Assembly (NCBI GenBank): GCA_035269045.1
Contig: DATFJS010000177.1
Coordinates: forward strand, 1 to 40,062
DNA length: 40,062 nucleotides
Direction of reading: 5' to 3'
Origin: Longimicrobiales bacterium
Lineage (GTDB): Bacteria; Gemmatimonadota; Gemmatimonadetes; Longimicrobiales; Gaopeijiaceae
The position numbers and the translations under genes are program-made. This document shows positions 17,511-27,309 of this stretch, in pieces; the first letter of the stretch is position 1, and the number at the start of each line of letters is the position of its first letter. The notes beneath the pieces are model-generated. The model searched no databases and was not told the origin of the DNA. It saw nothing but the letters and a program-made list of their open reading frames with translations.

Positions 17511-18491
17511 TCAGCGGATCTGCCAGTCGTACCGCACCACCATCACGGACTCCTGAACCGTGGGCATCGTCTGGCCCATGACGGTGACCTCGATGTCGGC
17601 GTCGGAGCGAACGGTGATCGTGTGGGGCAGAAGCGTCTCCGGCTCGATGACCGCCTCCACGACGGACGACTGCTCGAACTCACCCAGCTCGATCTGCATC
17701 TCCATCCCCCCACCCGCGAACATCTCGGCGAACATCTCCTCCATCATCGCCCTGATGTCTTCCGGATCGGCGGCGGATCGAACCACCAGCCGGACACAGC
17801 TGTCCGCCGAGGCCCCCTCCGTGCACGGCACGCGTCCCTCGAGCGTCGTCTCGAGATCCATGATCAGCGTTCGATTCTCCATCATCGGGAACGGCGCCTC
17901 CTCCCGGCTCGTGTAGGTCTCGCCCACGACGAGCTCGTCCCCGGTCCAGAGGCCGACCGACGAACTCCAGTTCTGCTCGGCTTCGGCGTTCAGTGCGGCA
18001 TCGGAGATCATGCCTTCGAGCATCCCGGTCATGCCCGCGGCGCCCGGCATCGCACGCAGCGGCTCCAGCATTTCGGAGAGGGCGACCTCGAGATCCCGCA
18101 TGGTGGCTTCGTCGCGCTCGATCGAGAGCAGTTCGCCCTCGTCGTCGACGATCACGTCGTACGGAGCCTCCGCAATGGTTCGCGTGAATGCCTCCGCTCC
18201 CGGAACTCCCTGCAGCGTGGGTGCCGCCGACTCGATCAGTTCCCCGTCCCGGAATCGAATCACGAGTCCCCGGGGATGCTCCGCGGTCTCGAGCGTGTGC
18301 CGGGCGACCGTCCGCTGCTCCATCGTCATCCCGGCCGTACCCGACGCCTGATCCATCGTCTGCGTCACCACGGCACGCAGCCCGGGCTCCCAGTCGAAGG
18401 TGAGCGAGATCGCCTCCTGGGCGGACGCGGGCACGGCCGCCAGCAGGAAGGTGGAGAGAATGATCGACGAGAGTCCGGCGAATGTACGCAT
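17511..18491 (-). CDS. Hypothetical secreted protein
   Basis: ATG at 18491, signal peptide ending ASA-Q, acidic Met-rich beta domain. Confidence 0.75.
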   Translation of the reverse strand: MRTFAGLSSIILSTFLLAAVPASAQEAISLTFDWEPGLRAVVTQTMDQASGTAGMTMEQRTVARHTLETAEHPRGLVIRFRDGELIESAAPTLQGVPGAEAFTRTIAEAPYDVIVDDEGELLSIERDEATMRDLEVALSEMLEPLRAMPGAAGMTGMLEGMISDAALNAEAEQNWSSSVGLWTGDELVVGETYTSREEAPFPMMENRTLIMDLETTLEGRVPCTEGASADSCVRLVVRSAADPEDIRAMMEEMFAEMFAGGGMEMQIELGEFEQSSVVEAVIEPETLLPHTITVRSDADIEVTVMGQTMPTVQESVMVVRYDWQIR

Positions 18492-18559
18492 GTGATCGAC
18501 TCGAGGTCGGGGGAGAGTGAGGACGTGGGTTGCTGGTACCCGATCGGCGCCGTTCGAGG

Positions 18560-19135
18560 TCAGTCCTCCTCGATCTCCTCGAGGAGATCCCGCTCGGCAC
18601 GTCGGCGCTCGCGAAGCCGAACGAAGCCGAACGCGGACATCAGGCCGAAGAACACGCCGGCGAAGGCGACCCACTCGATCCCCTGCGATAATCCCAGCGC
18701 GACGAACAACACCGTGGCGATCACCGCGAGGACGAGCCCGCGGATCCCCGTGGGACGAGCCCGCAGTCGATCGAGGTCTTCGTGGAGGACGGCGAGTCGC
18801 TCGGCCGGCGTCTCCGCCGCCTCGAGAAGACAACGGCGGTGGCGCGCCAGCTCTGCCTGGAGGGCGTTCTTCTTCTGGCCCCTGCGGATCTGGATGAAGC
18901 CCACGCCCGTGACCGCGACGGCCACCCCGGCGAAGACCGCGGCCCCCGCGGCGGCGCTCTGTGGCATGAGGACCAGCCCGGTCAGGACCGCGAGGAGGAT
19001 CAGGAGCCACCGGAGTGGGTCCTGCGCCTCACTCCGCTCGACTTCCTGCAGCCGGATCTGGAGGTCGAGCTCGGTTGGCTCGTCCGGCTGGACCCCGAGG
19101 TCCTCGACCTCGTCCGAAGGCGGATCGACTCCCAC
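18560..19135 (-). CDS. Hypothetical four-TM membrane protein
   Basis: Two TM hairpins separated by a helical linker; 15 bp downstream of the flotillin gene. Confidence 0.7.
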   Translation of the reverse strand: MGVDPPSDEVEDLGVQPDEPTELDLQIRLQEVERSEAQDPLRWLLILLAVLTGLVLMPQSAAAGAAVFAGVAVAVTGVGFIQIRRGQKKNALQAELARHRRCLLEAAETPAERLAVLHEDLDRLRARPTGIRGLVLAVIATVLFVALGLSQGIEWVAFAGVFFGLMSAFGFVRLRERRRAERDLLEEIEED

Positions 19136-19150
19136 GTCGTCCGTTGTCCG

Positions 19151-20857
19151 TCAGCTGTCGTCCGGCGCCTCGTCCGACCGCGCGGCGGAACGGGAGTCGG
19201 CTGCGACCGGGTCGCCCCCCGAGTCGTCCGACGTCCGGTCGGAAGCCTCGGCCACCACCTTCGCGCGCGCCAGATCGCCCGGCGACACACCGATCCTGCC
19301 CAGTGCGGGCGGAAGTTCGATCCCCGCCTGTTCGGCGAGTTCATGGACCGGCGGCAGTGCGCTGATCATGCCCGACAGGAAGTCGGCCGTAGCTCCCTTC
19401 CCCCCGCCATTGGCCGACCCCTTCCCCGAGTCCCAGACGGTGATCTTGTCGATCTGGAGGTTCTGGATCGCCTTCACCTGCTCGGCGATGATGGACGGCA
19501 GCGCCTCGATCATGAGCAGCGTCGGCGCCATCGACGGATCGTCGCGGCAGGCGTCGATCAGGCGCTGGTACCCCTGCGCCTTGGCCTCGAGGACCTTCTG
19601 CGTACCCTCGGCCTCGGCGTTGTACCGGGCCAGGATCGCGTCGGCCTCACCGGCGGCCTCACGGCGCGCCTTCTCGGCGGTGGCGTCCGCCTCGATTTCC
19701 ACGCGCTTCCGACGAATCTCCTCCTGGACGATCTGCTCCTTCTCGAGCCGCGCGAGCTCCTGCTCACGCTGCGCGATCAGGATCGCCTTCTTCGCCTCCG
19801 CCTGGGCGACCTCGGCACGCCGAGCCGCCTCCGCCCGGATCTCGGCCAGCTTGGCGTTCGAGTTCGCGATCTCGGCGTTGGAGCTGTTCTCCCCCTCGAC
19901 CGCATCCGCCTCGGCCTGCGCCACACGGATGCGTCGCTCGCGCTCGGCGTCCTTCTCGGCAGCCACCGTTTCGGCCTCGCGCTGCGCCATGGCGATTTCC
20001 TGGTCGCGCTTCGCCTCTACCTCGCCGGTCACCGACTCGGCCTCGAGACGTGCGACCTCGACCCGCTGACGCTGCTCGGCAGCCTTCCGACCGGCCGCGG
20101 TCTGAGCCGCCTCCTCGGCCACACTCACATCCTTCTCGCGGTTCGCCGTCGCCTCACCGCGCGCACCGTCACGCTCCTGCACCGCCACCTCGACCTTGGC
20201 GCGGTTGATCGCCTCGGCCGCGGCACGCTTACCGATCGCCTCGATGTAGCCCGAGGCGTCGGTGATGTCGCGGATGTTCACGTTGATCAGCTGGAGGCCG
20301 ATCTTGTTGATCTCCTCCGCGACGTTCGTGTTGATCAGCGACATGAACTTCTCGCGATCCTTGTTGATCTCCTCGATCGACAGGGTCGCGATCACGAGGC
20401 GGAGCTGACCGAGGATGATGTCCTGGGCCTGATCCCGGACCTTCCGCTCGTCGAGGTTCAGGAGCCGCTCGGCCGCGTTGTTCATCAGCACCGGATCGGT
20501 CGAGATCCCGACAGTGAAGGTCGAGGGGACGTTCACGCGGATGTTGTTCAGCGAGAGGGCGCCCTCGAGCGGGATCTCGATCACGAGTGGATCGAGGTTC
20601 AGATAGGCGAAGTCCTGGATGAGCGGAATGACGAACTTGCCGCCGCCGTGGATGCACTTGGCGGCGCGATCCGCGCCCACCTTGCCGTAGATCACCAGGA
20701 TCCGATTCGACGGGCACCGCTTGTACTGATGCACCACGAAGAAGACCGCGAAGGCCAGGATCAGGACGACGGATCCGACCACCCCGAGCCACAGGGTGGG
20801 CACGTTCCCGCCGCCCGGCAGGATCTGCGCCATCGATGCTGCAATCATCATGCTCAT
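19151..20857 (-). CDS. Flotillin/SPFH domain protein
   Basis: N-terminal TM, YKRCPSNRILVIYGK, GQLRLVIATLSIEEIN-DREKF, AEA coiled-coil repeats and IDKITVWD. Confidence 0.92.
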   Translation of the reverse strand: MSMMIAASMAQILPGGGNVPTLWLGVVGSVVLILAFAVFFVVHQYKRCPSNRILVIYGKVGADRAAKCIHGGGKFVIPLIQDFAYLNLDPLVIEIPLEGALSLNNIRVNVPSTFTVGISTDPVLMNNAAERLLNLDERKVRDQAQDIILGQLRLVIATLSIEEINKDREKFMSLINTNVAEEINKIGLQLINVNIRDITDASGYIEAIGKRAAAEAINRAKVEVAVQERDGARGEATANREKDVSVAEEAAQTAAGRKAAEQRQRVEVARLEAESVTGEVEAKRDQEIAMAQREAETVAAEKDAERERRIRVAQAEADAVEGENSSNAEIANSNAKLAEIRAEAARRAEVAQAEAKKAILIAQREQELARLEKEQIVQEEIRRKRVEIEADATAEKARREAAGEADAILARYNAEAEGTQKVLEAKAQGYQRLIDACRDDPSMAPTLLMIEALPSIIAEQVKAIQNLQIDKITVWDSGKGSANGGGKGATADFLSGMISALPPVHELAEQAGIELPPALGRIGVSPGDLARAKVVAEASDRTSDDSGGDPVAADSRSAARSDEAPDDS

Positions 20858-20933
20858 TCGGTCTCTCCGTTTCTTGTTCGATCCCCGGCTTCCTGGCCCG
20901 GGCCCGTCTCTTCCGTGTCCATCGACTCGAGGT

Positions 20934-21530
20934 TCATGCGCGAACCACCTCCACCCGATTGGCGTCCGCGTCTATGGCGACCACCCGAACCGCCGTGTCA
21001 CGGGGAAGTGCCTCGCCCTTCGTCGTCGCGAACAGGTAGCGCTCCCGATTTCCGATCACGACGCGGACTTCCCCGGTCCCGGACCCCTCCGCCGGAACCT
21101 CCGCATACACCGTCCCCGTCGCCTCCAGGGCATGGTACAGCGGCAACGTGCCGCTCGATTGCAGGCTCATCACGAACCGCAGGACCTTCGCGAGGATCCA
21201 CACCATGGCGATGCCGATCACGACCGCGACCACGAGGGAGATCGACAGCGGGAGACCCGAACCCCGCCACGCGGCGAGTCCTCCCCAGCCGAAACCCATC
21301 ATGAAGGCCGCGATCGCCTGCAGCGAGAGTATCTCGAAGGCATCGCCCGAATCGTCCAGACCGGCGTCCCCGTCGAACACGTCGGCCCCGTCCAGTCCGT
21401 CGAAGCCGCCGGCATCCGCATCCGCACCGCCGATCGCCATCAGCACCATCCGGCCCAGAAAGAACGCCGTGCCCACGATCGCGGGGATCGTGAACCACGT
21501 AGCCGTCGGTCCGAAGAGCAGGTCGCTCAT
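20934..21530 (-). CDS. NfeD-like membrane protein
   Basis: TM segments (AFMMGFGWGG) plus C-terminal OB-fold GTVYAEVPAEGSGTGEV; lies upstream of flotillin. Confidence 0.85.
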   Translation of the reverse strand: MSDLLFGPTATWFTIPAIVGTAFFLGRMVLMAIGGADADAGGFDGLDGADVFDGDAGLDDSGDAFEILSLQAIAAFMMGFGWGGLAAWRGSGLPLSISLVVAVVIGIAMVWILAKVLRFVMSLQSSGTLPLYHALEATGTVYAEVPAEGSGTGEVRVVIGNRERYLFATTKGEALPRDTAVRVVAIDADANRVEVVRA

Positions 21531-21651
21531 CTTTCAGCTCCGTCTGGGTGGGGGTGGCTGCTCGAAGGGACTACGCACGACGACAACGTATTCTTCGCTG
21601 GAGGCGCCCGCATCCGATTCGGGGTGGCCCAGGCGAGGGAACGCGGGCACG

Positions 21652-21689
21652 AAAAACGGGCCGCCCCGGAACGTGTCCGGGACGGCCCG
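21652..21689 (-). terminator. Intrinsic terminator of the cold-shock gene
   Basis: 14-bp stem (21657-21670/21676-21689) followed on the minus strand by TTTTT. Confidence 0.8.
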
Positions 21690-21731
21690 CGAGACCGAAG
21701 TGGTTCGGTCTTCAGCTCGAGAGGGCGAGCG

Positions 21732-21938
21732 TCAGACGGGCGTGACGTTCTCCGCCGCGGGACCCTTGGCCCCCTCGACGATGTCGAACTCGACCTCGGC
21801 ACCCTCAGCGAGCGTCCGGAAGCCGTCGGCCTGGATCGCCGTGTGGTGGACGAAGCAGTCCTTGCTTCCGTCCGCCGGCGTGATGAAGCCGAATCCCTTC
21901 TGGTCGTTGAACCACTTCACAGTTCCCTTGGTACGCAT
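21732..21938 (-). CDS. Cold-shock protein (CspA family)
   Basis: [15 protein letters not shown] and DCFVHHTAI (RNP1/RNP2) motifs. Confidence 0.96.
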   Translation of the reverse strand: MRTKGTVKWFNDQKGFGFITPADGSKDCFVHHTAIQADGFRTLAEGAEVEFDIVEGAKGPAAENVTPV

Positions 21939-22072
21939 CGTGCGCTCCATAGGTTGTTGCAGTCGGAGCCACGATGAAACGTACTTCCCGACCTACATGT
22001 GTTGATGCGCGGAATCCCCCGCGCGCGCCGCGACCACCCTGGCCGCGATCCTACCCACAATGGGCAGGGGAA

Positions 22073-22101
22073 AGAGTGGTTTTGCAAGGGGTCGATGTCA
22101 A
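22073..22101 (-). promoter_or_regulatory. Candidate sigma70 promoter of the csp gene
   Basis: Minus strand TTGACA-N17-CACTCT. It implies a leader of about 130 nt, and long leaders are typical of csp mRNAs. Confidence 0.4.
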
Positions 22102-22156
22102 CGGATTCGTCACGGCCTCCGAACGAGGGTCGGGACGGCCACCCGACCGGCGCCGA

Positions 22157-22840
22157 TCACGCGTCGTCGGAGGGCGCCTCGAGCAGCATGTCGACGGCAC
22201 GTCGGGCCACCAGTTCCATCTGCTCCGATCGGCGCCGTGCCCACCCGGGCAGGCGGAATGCGTTCGCGCCGAGGGCCAGCACGCCGTAGCCACCCACGAT
22301 CGGCGGGATGAGCCCCATCTCCGGCGGGAGTCCCATGACGGCGGTCACCGCCCAGCTCCCCGCGGCGAGGAGTATCGACCCCGCACCGATCCGCGTGAGA
22401 GGTCGGGCATCTCCCTTCGTCGTCGTGAGCCGGAGCTGGTGGCCGTCCGCGGTCGGCTCCACGCCGACCGTGAGATTGCCGTTCCACCAGTACCTCGTCG
22501 TCGGGTCGAGTTTCCCCTTCGCCTTGAAGGTCCGCCGGAGCAGCGAGACGAGCCGCTCCCACTCCTGGTCGGTCGGCTCACGAGGGAGATCCACGGTCCG
22601 CCCGACCCCCACGGGAAGCCCGAAATCCCGGTCGACGCGGGCTCCGGAAGGCGCGTGGTCGAGAGCGCGAGCGGCCTCCTCGATCCGAGCTGGCGAGAGC
22701 CCGACCTCGTCGCCGATGCGCTTCAGGTCGTCCAGCGAGAGGCGATCGCGAGATCCTTCGGACGTTCTGCGCTCCACCGCCTTCGACGCGGCATCGAAGA
22801 TCTCGCGCACCTCGTCCTCGTCGTATCGTCGTTCGGTCAC
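22157..22840 (-). CDS. Hypothetical membrane protein
   Basis: GTG at 22840 after GAGGAG; RRYDEDEVREIF...LSLDDLKRIGDEVGL helical N-terminus and two C-terminal TMs. Confidence 0.75.
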   Translation of the reverse strand: MTERRYDEDEVREIFDAASKAVERRTSEGSRDRLSLDDLKRIGDEVGLSPARIEEAARALDHAPSGARVDRDFGLPVGVGRTVDLPREPTDQEWERLVSLLRRTFKAKGKLDPTTRYWWNGNLTVGVEPTADGHQLRLTTTKGDARPLTRIGAGSILLAAGSWAVTAVMGLPPEMGLIPPIVGGYGVLALGANAFRLPGWARRRSEQMELVARRAVDMLLEAPSDDA

Positions 22841-22986
22841 CGCCGGCTCCTCGGAATGGTTTCGAACAATACGCGCCGAGCGGGAACTCTCGTCAACGCC
22901 GACCCGGCTGCACGGATCGCTCGCGCACGCACCACGAGTGATGTATCGATCACCGCCACCACCCGAATTTGCGCCGTTCCGAATGT

Positions 22987-22998
22987 AACGGTACCGTT
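22987..22998. promoter_or_regulatory. Palindrome, candidate TetR operator
   Basis: Perfect AACGGTACCGTT 6 nt upstream of the TetR start, flanked by ccgaa/ttcgg. Confidence 0.55.
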
Positions 22999-23004
22999 TT
23001 CGGT

Positions 23005-23586
23005 ATGACCGATGAAAAGCCTGACCACCCCCCGTCCTGGCACGCCATCCTCGAGGCTGCGGAAATCGAGTTCGACCTCCACGGGTTCGACGGGGTGCGC
23101 ATCGAACACGTCGCCGACCGGTCCGGGTACAACAAGTCGCTGGTCTACCGGTATTTCGGCGGAAGGGCCGGACTCTGGGACGCGGTCGTCCGGAAGGTGG
23201 CGGCCCGACGCGAGTCGAGCATCCAGACCCTTCCGGGCACGGTGGCCGAACTGCTCGCCGCCCTCGCTCGTCGCCTGCGGGACGATCCGTCGGGCACCCG
23301 GATCCTCCTGGCCGACGATGGGGCGGAGACGTCGGATGCGGACGACGACCGCGTGGGGCATCACGACGACCTCGTCGGAATCGTGAAACACCTCCAGGCC
23401 TCCGGGGAGCTCGCACCCGAGTTCGATCCCGGACTCTTCTATCTGGTACTGCTCGGCGTCGCGTCCCTGCCCATCACGATGCCCCACGTCGCCGGCGCGG
23501 TCTCGGGGATGGACCCGACGGGGCCGGAGTTCAGAGAGCGATGGGAGGATACGCTCGTGTGGATCGCCGATGGACTCGCGGGCTGA
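23005..23586 (+). CDS. TetR/AcrR family transcriptional regulator
   Basis: ILEAAEIEFDLHGFDGVRIEHVADRSGYNKSLVYRYFGGRAGL HTH. Confidence 0.9.
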   Translation: MTDEKPDHPPSWHAILEAAEIEFDLHGFDGVRIEHVADRSGYNKSLVYRYFGGRAGLWDAVVRKVAARRESSIQTLPGTVAELLAALARRLRDDPSGTRILLADDGAETSDADDDRVGHHDDLVGIVKHLQASGELAPEFDPGLFYLVLLGVASLPITMPHVAGAVSGMDPTGPEFRERWEDTLVWIADGLAG

Positions 23587-23589
23587 GCG

Positions 23590-23691
23590 ATGACCGAGCG
23601 CAGGAAGGCCTCCGACTTCCGGGACGAAGAAGCGGCGCAGCTCGCGCAGCGGCGGACCATCGACTTCTTCGACGAGCACCTCCGCTGGTGA
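23590..23691 (+). pseudogene. 33-aa ORF resembling the C-terminal helix of dienelactone hydrolases (gene remnant?)
   Basis: Manual translation MTERRKASDFRDEEAAQLAQRRTIDFFDEHLRW. Confidence 0.45.
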
Positions 23692-23720
23692 CCCGTCCGT
23701 GCCCTTCCTCCGACATCGCA

Positions 23721-23766
23721 GGATCGGGCGACGTCGGAGGGTCGGGCGAGGTCGGAGGGTCGGGCG
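23721..23766. repeat. 18-bp tandem repeat (about 2.5 copies)
   Basis: ggatcgggcgacgtcgga / gggtcgggcgaggtcgga / gggtcgggcg. Confidence 0.75.
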
Positions 23767-23777
23767 TCACTAGTTCC

Positions 23778-24305
23778 TCAGCGGGACGACGGCGGGACGA
23801 TCCCGTTCAGGCGCATGTAGGTCACGAGATTCCCGTAGTGCTCGTAGTTGTGCGCAGAGTTGAAGGCCAGCACGCTCGCCGCGGTCATCGGCGTCTGCGG
23901 CATGAAGGGGATGGTACGCTCGGCGGCTGCATCGGCGTCGGTCATTCCGTTGTACACCCCGGCGCAGTAGTCGAACCCGGCACTCAACGCGTCCACGATG
24001 TCGGCCCTGGTCGTACGCGTCTCCTCGAAGTTCTCGCCGTTCGGGTTCTCCTCGCCCGCGGCCATCGAGCAGAACATGAACTGGGCACCCGCGATGTGCG
24101 CGAGCATCTCACCGGTCGATCGGACCTCGGCGGTCGGCCGGAAGTCGTACATCTCCTGGGAGAGGTCCTCCGCGGTCGCCATGATGTTCTGCTGCGTCAC
24201 GCCGTGCAGTTCGAAGAGGGACCCGGCGAGGCTGGTCTGGGCCGAGACGGCGGAGGGAAGAAGAGCGGCGAGGGCGATCGCCGTGACACCGTGCCTGAGA
24301 TTCAT
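23778..24305 (-). CDS. Secreted DinB family protein
   Basis: Signal peptide; YDFRPTAEVRSTGEMLAHIA and HNYEHYGNLVTYMRLNGIVPPSS motifs. Confidence 0.88.
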   Translation of the reverse strand: MNLRHGVTAIALAALLPSAVSAQTSLAGSLFELHGVTQQNIMATAEDLSQEMYDFRPTAEVRSTGEMLAHIAGAQFMFCSMAAGEENPNGENFEETRTTRADIVDALSAGFDYCAGVYNGMTDADAAAERTIPFMPQTPMTAASVLAFNSAHNYEHYGNLVTYMRLNGIVPPSSR

Positions 24306-24394
24306 CGTAGGACTCCGTGGGGGGTGTTGAACTGGATGGACCAAGATAGGATGGGCGTGACGATGCGACACGAGTTTCCCGGAGACGCGAGGAC

Positions 24395-24781
24395 ATGACG
24401 AGACCCGGAAAGGGGGGACGGGGCTTCGCGGCCCGACGGTCCGTCGCCGTGCGCGACTACCTCGTCTTCCTCCTCAAGCTGACGATCGACGGGCTCAAGG
24501 ACTTCGTGCTTGTCCCGCTCGCGACGATCGCGATCATCGCCGACCTGCTGATCGGAGGGGAGCGGCGCCCCCGGCTCTTCTACCGGGTGGTTCAGGTGAG
24601 CGAGCGATTCGAGATGTGGCTCAACCTGAACGGCGCCCTCGACGAACTCGAGAAGAGCGAGACCGACGATGGTCTCTTCGGGGCCAGCACCGCCGGCTCC
24701 GACTCTCTGCTCGGGAAGGTCGAGGGGTGGGTCCGGGGCAAGGACCACGATCGGCCGAAGACCGACGACCCCCAGGGCTAG
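24395..24781 (+). CDS. Hypothetical protein
   Basis: RDYLVFLLKLTIDGLKDFVLVP hydrophobic helix; fills the gap between its neighbours. Confidence 0.75.
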   Translation: MTRPGKGGRGFAARRSVAVRDYLVFLLKLTIDGLKDFVLVPLATIAIIADLLIGGERRPRLFYRVVQVSERFEMWLNLNGALDELEKSETDDGLFGASTAGSDSLLGKVEGWVRGKDHDRPKTDDPQG

Positions 24782-24789
24782 CCGCCGCC

Positions 24790-27309
24790 TCAGTTCCAGC
24801 TGCAGGCCAGCGCCGGCAGGTCCCCCAGGCCGAACATGTCATCTCCGGGAATCAGGCCCGGAATCGTCCACGCGCCACCCATCGCAGGCTGCCCGATCGG
24901 GCTGCCGGGAGGTGCGCCGGGTGCCGGCGCCGGCGGGCTGTCGGCCGGCATGGGGCGGTTCAGGAAGGACTCGATTCGGCGCGAGAGGAGGTAGCCCATG
25001 GCGTCCCATCCCCGCCCTTCGGCCGAGGTCAGCACGGGCTGGAGCTGTGACAGCTCGTACGACGCCAGCGCCTGCACCTGCGGCATGGTGCTGCTGCTCG
25101 CGAGATCCATGAGTTCGTCGATGTAGACACCCACCACCGCGCGCTGGATCTCGTCGAGGTACGGCCCACCCGCTCCGCCGCCAAGCATCTGGCCACGCAG
25201 CGTCGCCAGCACGTCGTCCAGGCCCGGCAGGCTCGGGTCCAGCGCCTTCTGCTGCACCAGTCGGGCGGCCCGCTGCGAATTCAGCAGCTGGCCCAGCGTC
25301 ACACTCGCTGCGGTGGCCGCCGGAGCGATGGCGTCGAAGGTCGGCCCGGTCCAGCCGCCGAAGAGCTCGTTGCCGCCCAGGTAGCCCCCCGGACGCGGCG
25401 GCAGGCTGTCGCGGACCGACTCCGGGACGGCCAGCTCGGCGGGATCGAGCGTACGCATGAGCGCATCGATCGCGGCCTGCTGCACGTCGGCGGGCACCGG
25501 GCGCAGCGGCGTCTGGCCGTCGCCGCGAAGCGCGAAGGTGTAGTACTGGCCCCCGAGGACGTTCGCGGCCGCCTCCACCTGATACCGATGATGGAGATAC
25601 AGCGGCACGAACACGTCCTCCATGAGAGCCACGGGTTCGTCCATGCGGATGTTCGCCAGACCGAACCGGTCGAGCGCGATCCGGCGCACGTCCATCATCC
25701 GGTCGAGCTCGGCGGCGAGATCCTCACCGTTGTCCCAGAGGCCCGTGTTCGGATGGACACCCTGGTCGGGTCGGAAGGTCGTACCCTCGGCGATCCCCTC
25801 CTGGATGATGGCGTCGAGCGCGGCCTCCTCGTCGGTCCCGTCGGGGAAATCCGAGTAGCCCCACCGGATCGCGATCTCGTCCCAGCGTCCGATCCCGCGG
25901 TCGTAGGCATCGTCCACGTTGATCGTCCCGTCGTCCTCGATCGTCGTACGCGGGTGTGGGTAGTCCATGACCGACTGGTTCCCGGCGTCGCGCTGGGCGC
26001 TCGAGATGTAGTTGTGGGCCAGACCGATGGTGTGCCCGATCTCGTGCGCCGACAGCTGCCGGATCCGGAGAAGCGACATGTCGAGGATGTCCTGCGGCTG
26101 CTCGTCCCCTTCCTGATAGGGCGCCGTGAGCCCCTCACCCAGCAGGTAGTCCTGTCGCACGCGCAGTGAGCCGAGCGTGACATGCCCCTTCAGGATCTCA
26201 CCGGTGCGCGGGTCCTGGACCGAGTTGCCGTAGCTCCAGCCCCGCGTCGAGCGGTGCACCCACTGGATGACGTTGTAGCGCACGTCCATCGGATCGGCGT
26301 CCGCCGGCAGGATCTCGACGCGGAAGGCATCCTCGAACCCGGCCGCCTCGAACGCCTGATTCCACCAGTCACCGCCCTCGATGAGTGCGGTGCGAACCGG
26401 CTCGGGCGTGCCGGGATCGAGATAGTAGATGATGGGCTCGACCGGCGGGCTCATTTCCGCGTTCGGGTTCTGCTTCTCGAGCCGGTGCCGGCTGATGAAA
26501 CGCTGCTGGAGCGGCTCCGGGATCGGCGTCGCGAAGTCGTAGTAGCTCATGCTGTTGAAGCCCGACCGCGGATCGTACCGCCGCATCTCGAAGTCCCCGA
26601 GCGCGGGCAGCCGCACGAAGGAGTGGTGCTGCCGGATGGTGAGGGCGGTAGCGGTCGGTGTCACGCTGCGGAGCGTCCCACCCGCGCTGTTCGCCACGAA
26701 GGTCATTTCGAGTTCGACCTCCGTGTTGTCCGGGAAGTTGCGCGTGCGCGGCTCGTAGAAGCTGCTGCGCGACTCCTCGAGCCGGAACGAGCCCTGGCTC
26801 GACAGCGACTGCGCGAGTCCGAAGGCATCACGCATGAAGAAGTCCGTGGCGTCGACGAGATAGCGGTCACCTGTCCGCGCCTCGATCTCGAAGCCCCAGT
26901 GGATCGACGTCGGGAAGCCGTCCTCGACGGACTTCACCTCGAGCGGGTCGTCGCTGTTGGCCCGGAAGCGGTAGTTCGGCTCGACCATCATGATCCGCGG
27001 CCCGGTCAGCCGGAAGCGGACGACGGCCTGCGGGCCGAGGTCACCCCGGTTCTGGCCCAGGTCGTTCTGTCCGAGTCCCGCGGGCAGCGAGACGTAGTGG
27101 AGGAGGTCCTCGTCGAAGGTCGCGATCTCGAGGTGCATCTCCTGCTCGTCGGCGTCCCAGTACATCGGGATGAAGCCGTCGAGGCGGGTCATCCCCTCGG
27201 TCGCTTCCTCGATCGTGGGGAGTCCCTCGTCGGAATCCTGAGCGAGTGCCGGGGAACCGGCGAGTGCGAAGAGTACGGGGACGAGGAGAAGTCGGGCGAA
27301 CCGCCGCAT
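24790..27309 (-). CDS. Secreted zinc-dependent metalloprotease (EcxA/DUF4953-DUF5117 type metzincin)
   Basis: Signal peptide, DPRTGEILKG, HEIGHTIGLAH zinc motif and SVMDY Met-turn. Confidence 0.9.
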   Translation of the reverse strand: MRRFARLLLVPVLFALAGSPALAQDSDEGLPTIEEATEGMTRLDGFIPMYWDADEQEMHLEIATFDEDLLHYVSLPAGLGQNDLGQNRGDLGPQAVVRFRLTGPRIMMVEPNYRFRANSDDPLEVKSVEDGFPTSIHWGFEIEARTGDRYLVDATDFFMRDAFGLAQSLSSQGSFRLEESRSSFYEPRTRNFPDNTEVELEMTFVANSAGGTLRSVTPTATALTIRQHHSFVRLPALGDFEMRRYDPRSGFNSMSYYDFATPIPEPLQQRFISRHRLEKQNPNAEMSPPVEPIIYYLDPGTPEPVRTALIEGGDWWNQAFEAAGFEDAFRVEILPADADPMDVRYNVIQWVHRSTRGWSYGNSVQDPRTGEILKGHVTLGSLRVRQDYLLGEGLTAPYQEGDEQPQDILDMSLLRIRQLSAHEIGHTIGLAHNYISSAQRDAGNQSVMDYPHPRTTIEDDGTINVDDAYDRGIGRWDEIAIRWGYSDFPDGTDEEAALDAIIQEGIAEGTTFRPDQGVHPNTGLWDNGEDLAAELDRMMDVRRIALDRFGLANIRMDEPVALMEDVFVPLYLHHRYQVEAAANVLGGQYYTFALRGDGQTPLRPVPADVQQAAIDALMRTLDPAELAVPESVRDSLPPRPGGYLGGNELFGGWTGPTFDAIAPAATAASVTLGQLLNSQRAARLVQQKALDPSLPGLDDVLATLRGQMLGGGAGGPYLDEIQRAVVGVYIDELMDLASSSTMPQVQALASYELSQLQPVLTSAEGRGWDAMGYLLSRRIESFLNRPMPADSPPAPAPGAPPGSPIGQPAMGGAWTIPGLIPGDDMFGLGDLPALACSWN

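Noticed and set aside
20876-20889. gttcgatccccggc, resembling a tRNA T-loop or att site
   Set aside because: The upstream bases cannot form the T-stem, and there is no cloverleaf or integrase nearby.
17490-21304. Very long plus-strand ORFs (17490..20069, 18782..21304)
   Set aside because: Antisense shadows of the real minus-strand genes. They have low-complexity Arg/Ser/Leu-rich translations, as expected in high-GC DNA.
23531-23770. Minus-strand ORF MTPDPPTSPDPPTSPDP
   Set aside because: Its periodicity simply reflects the 18-bp DNA repeat, and the rest is low-complexity and overlaps tetR.
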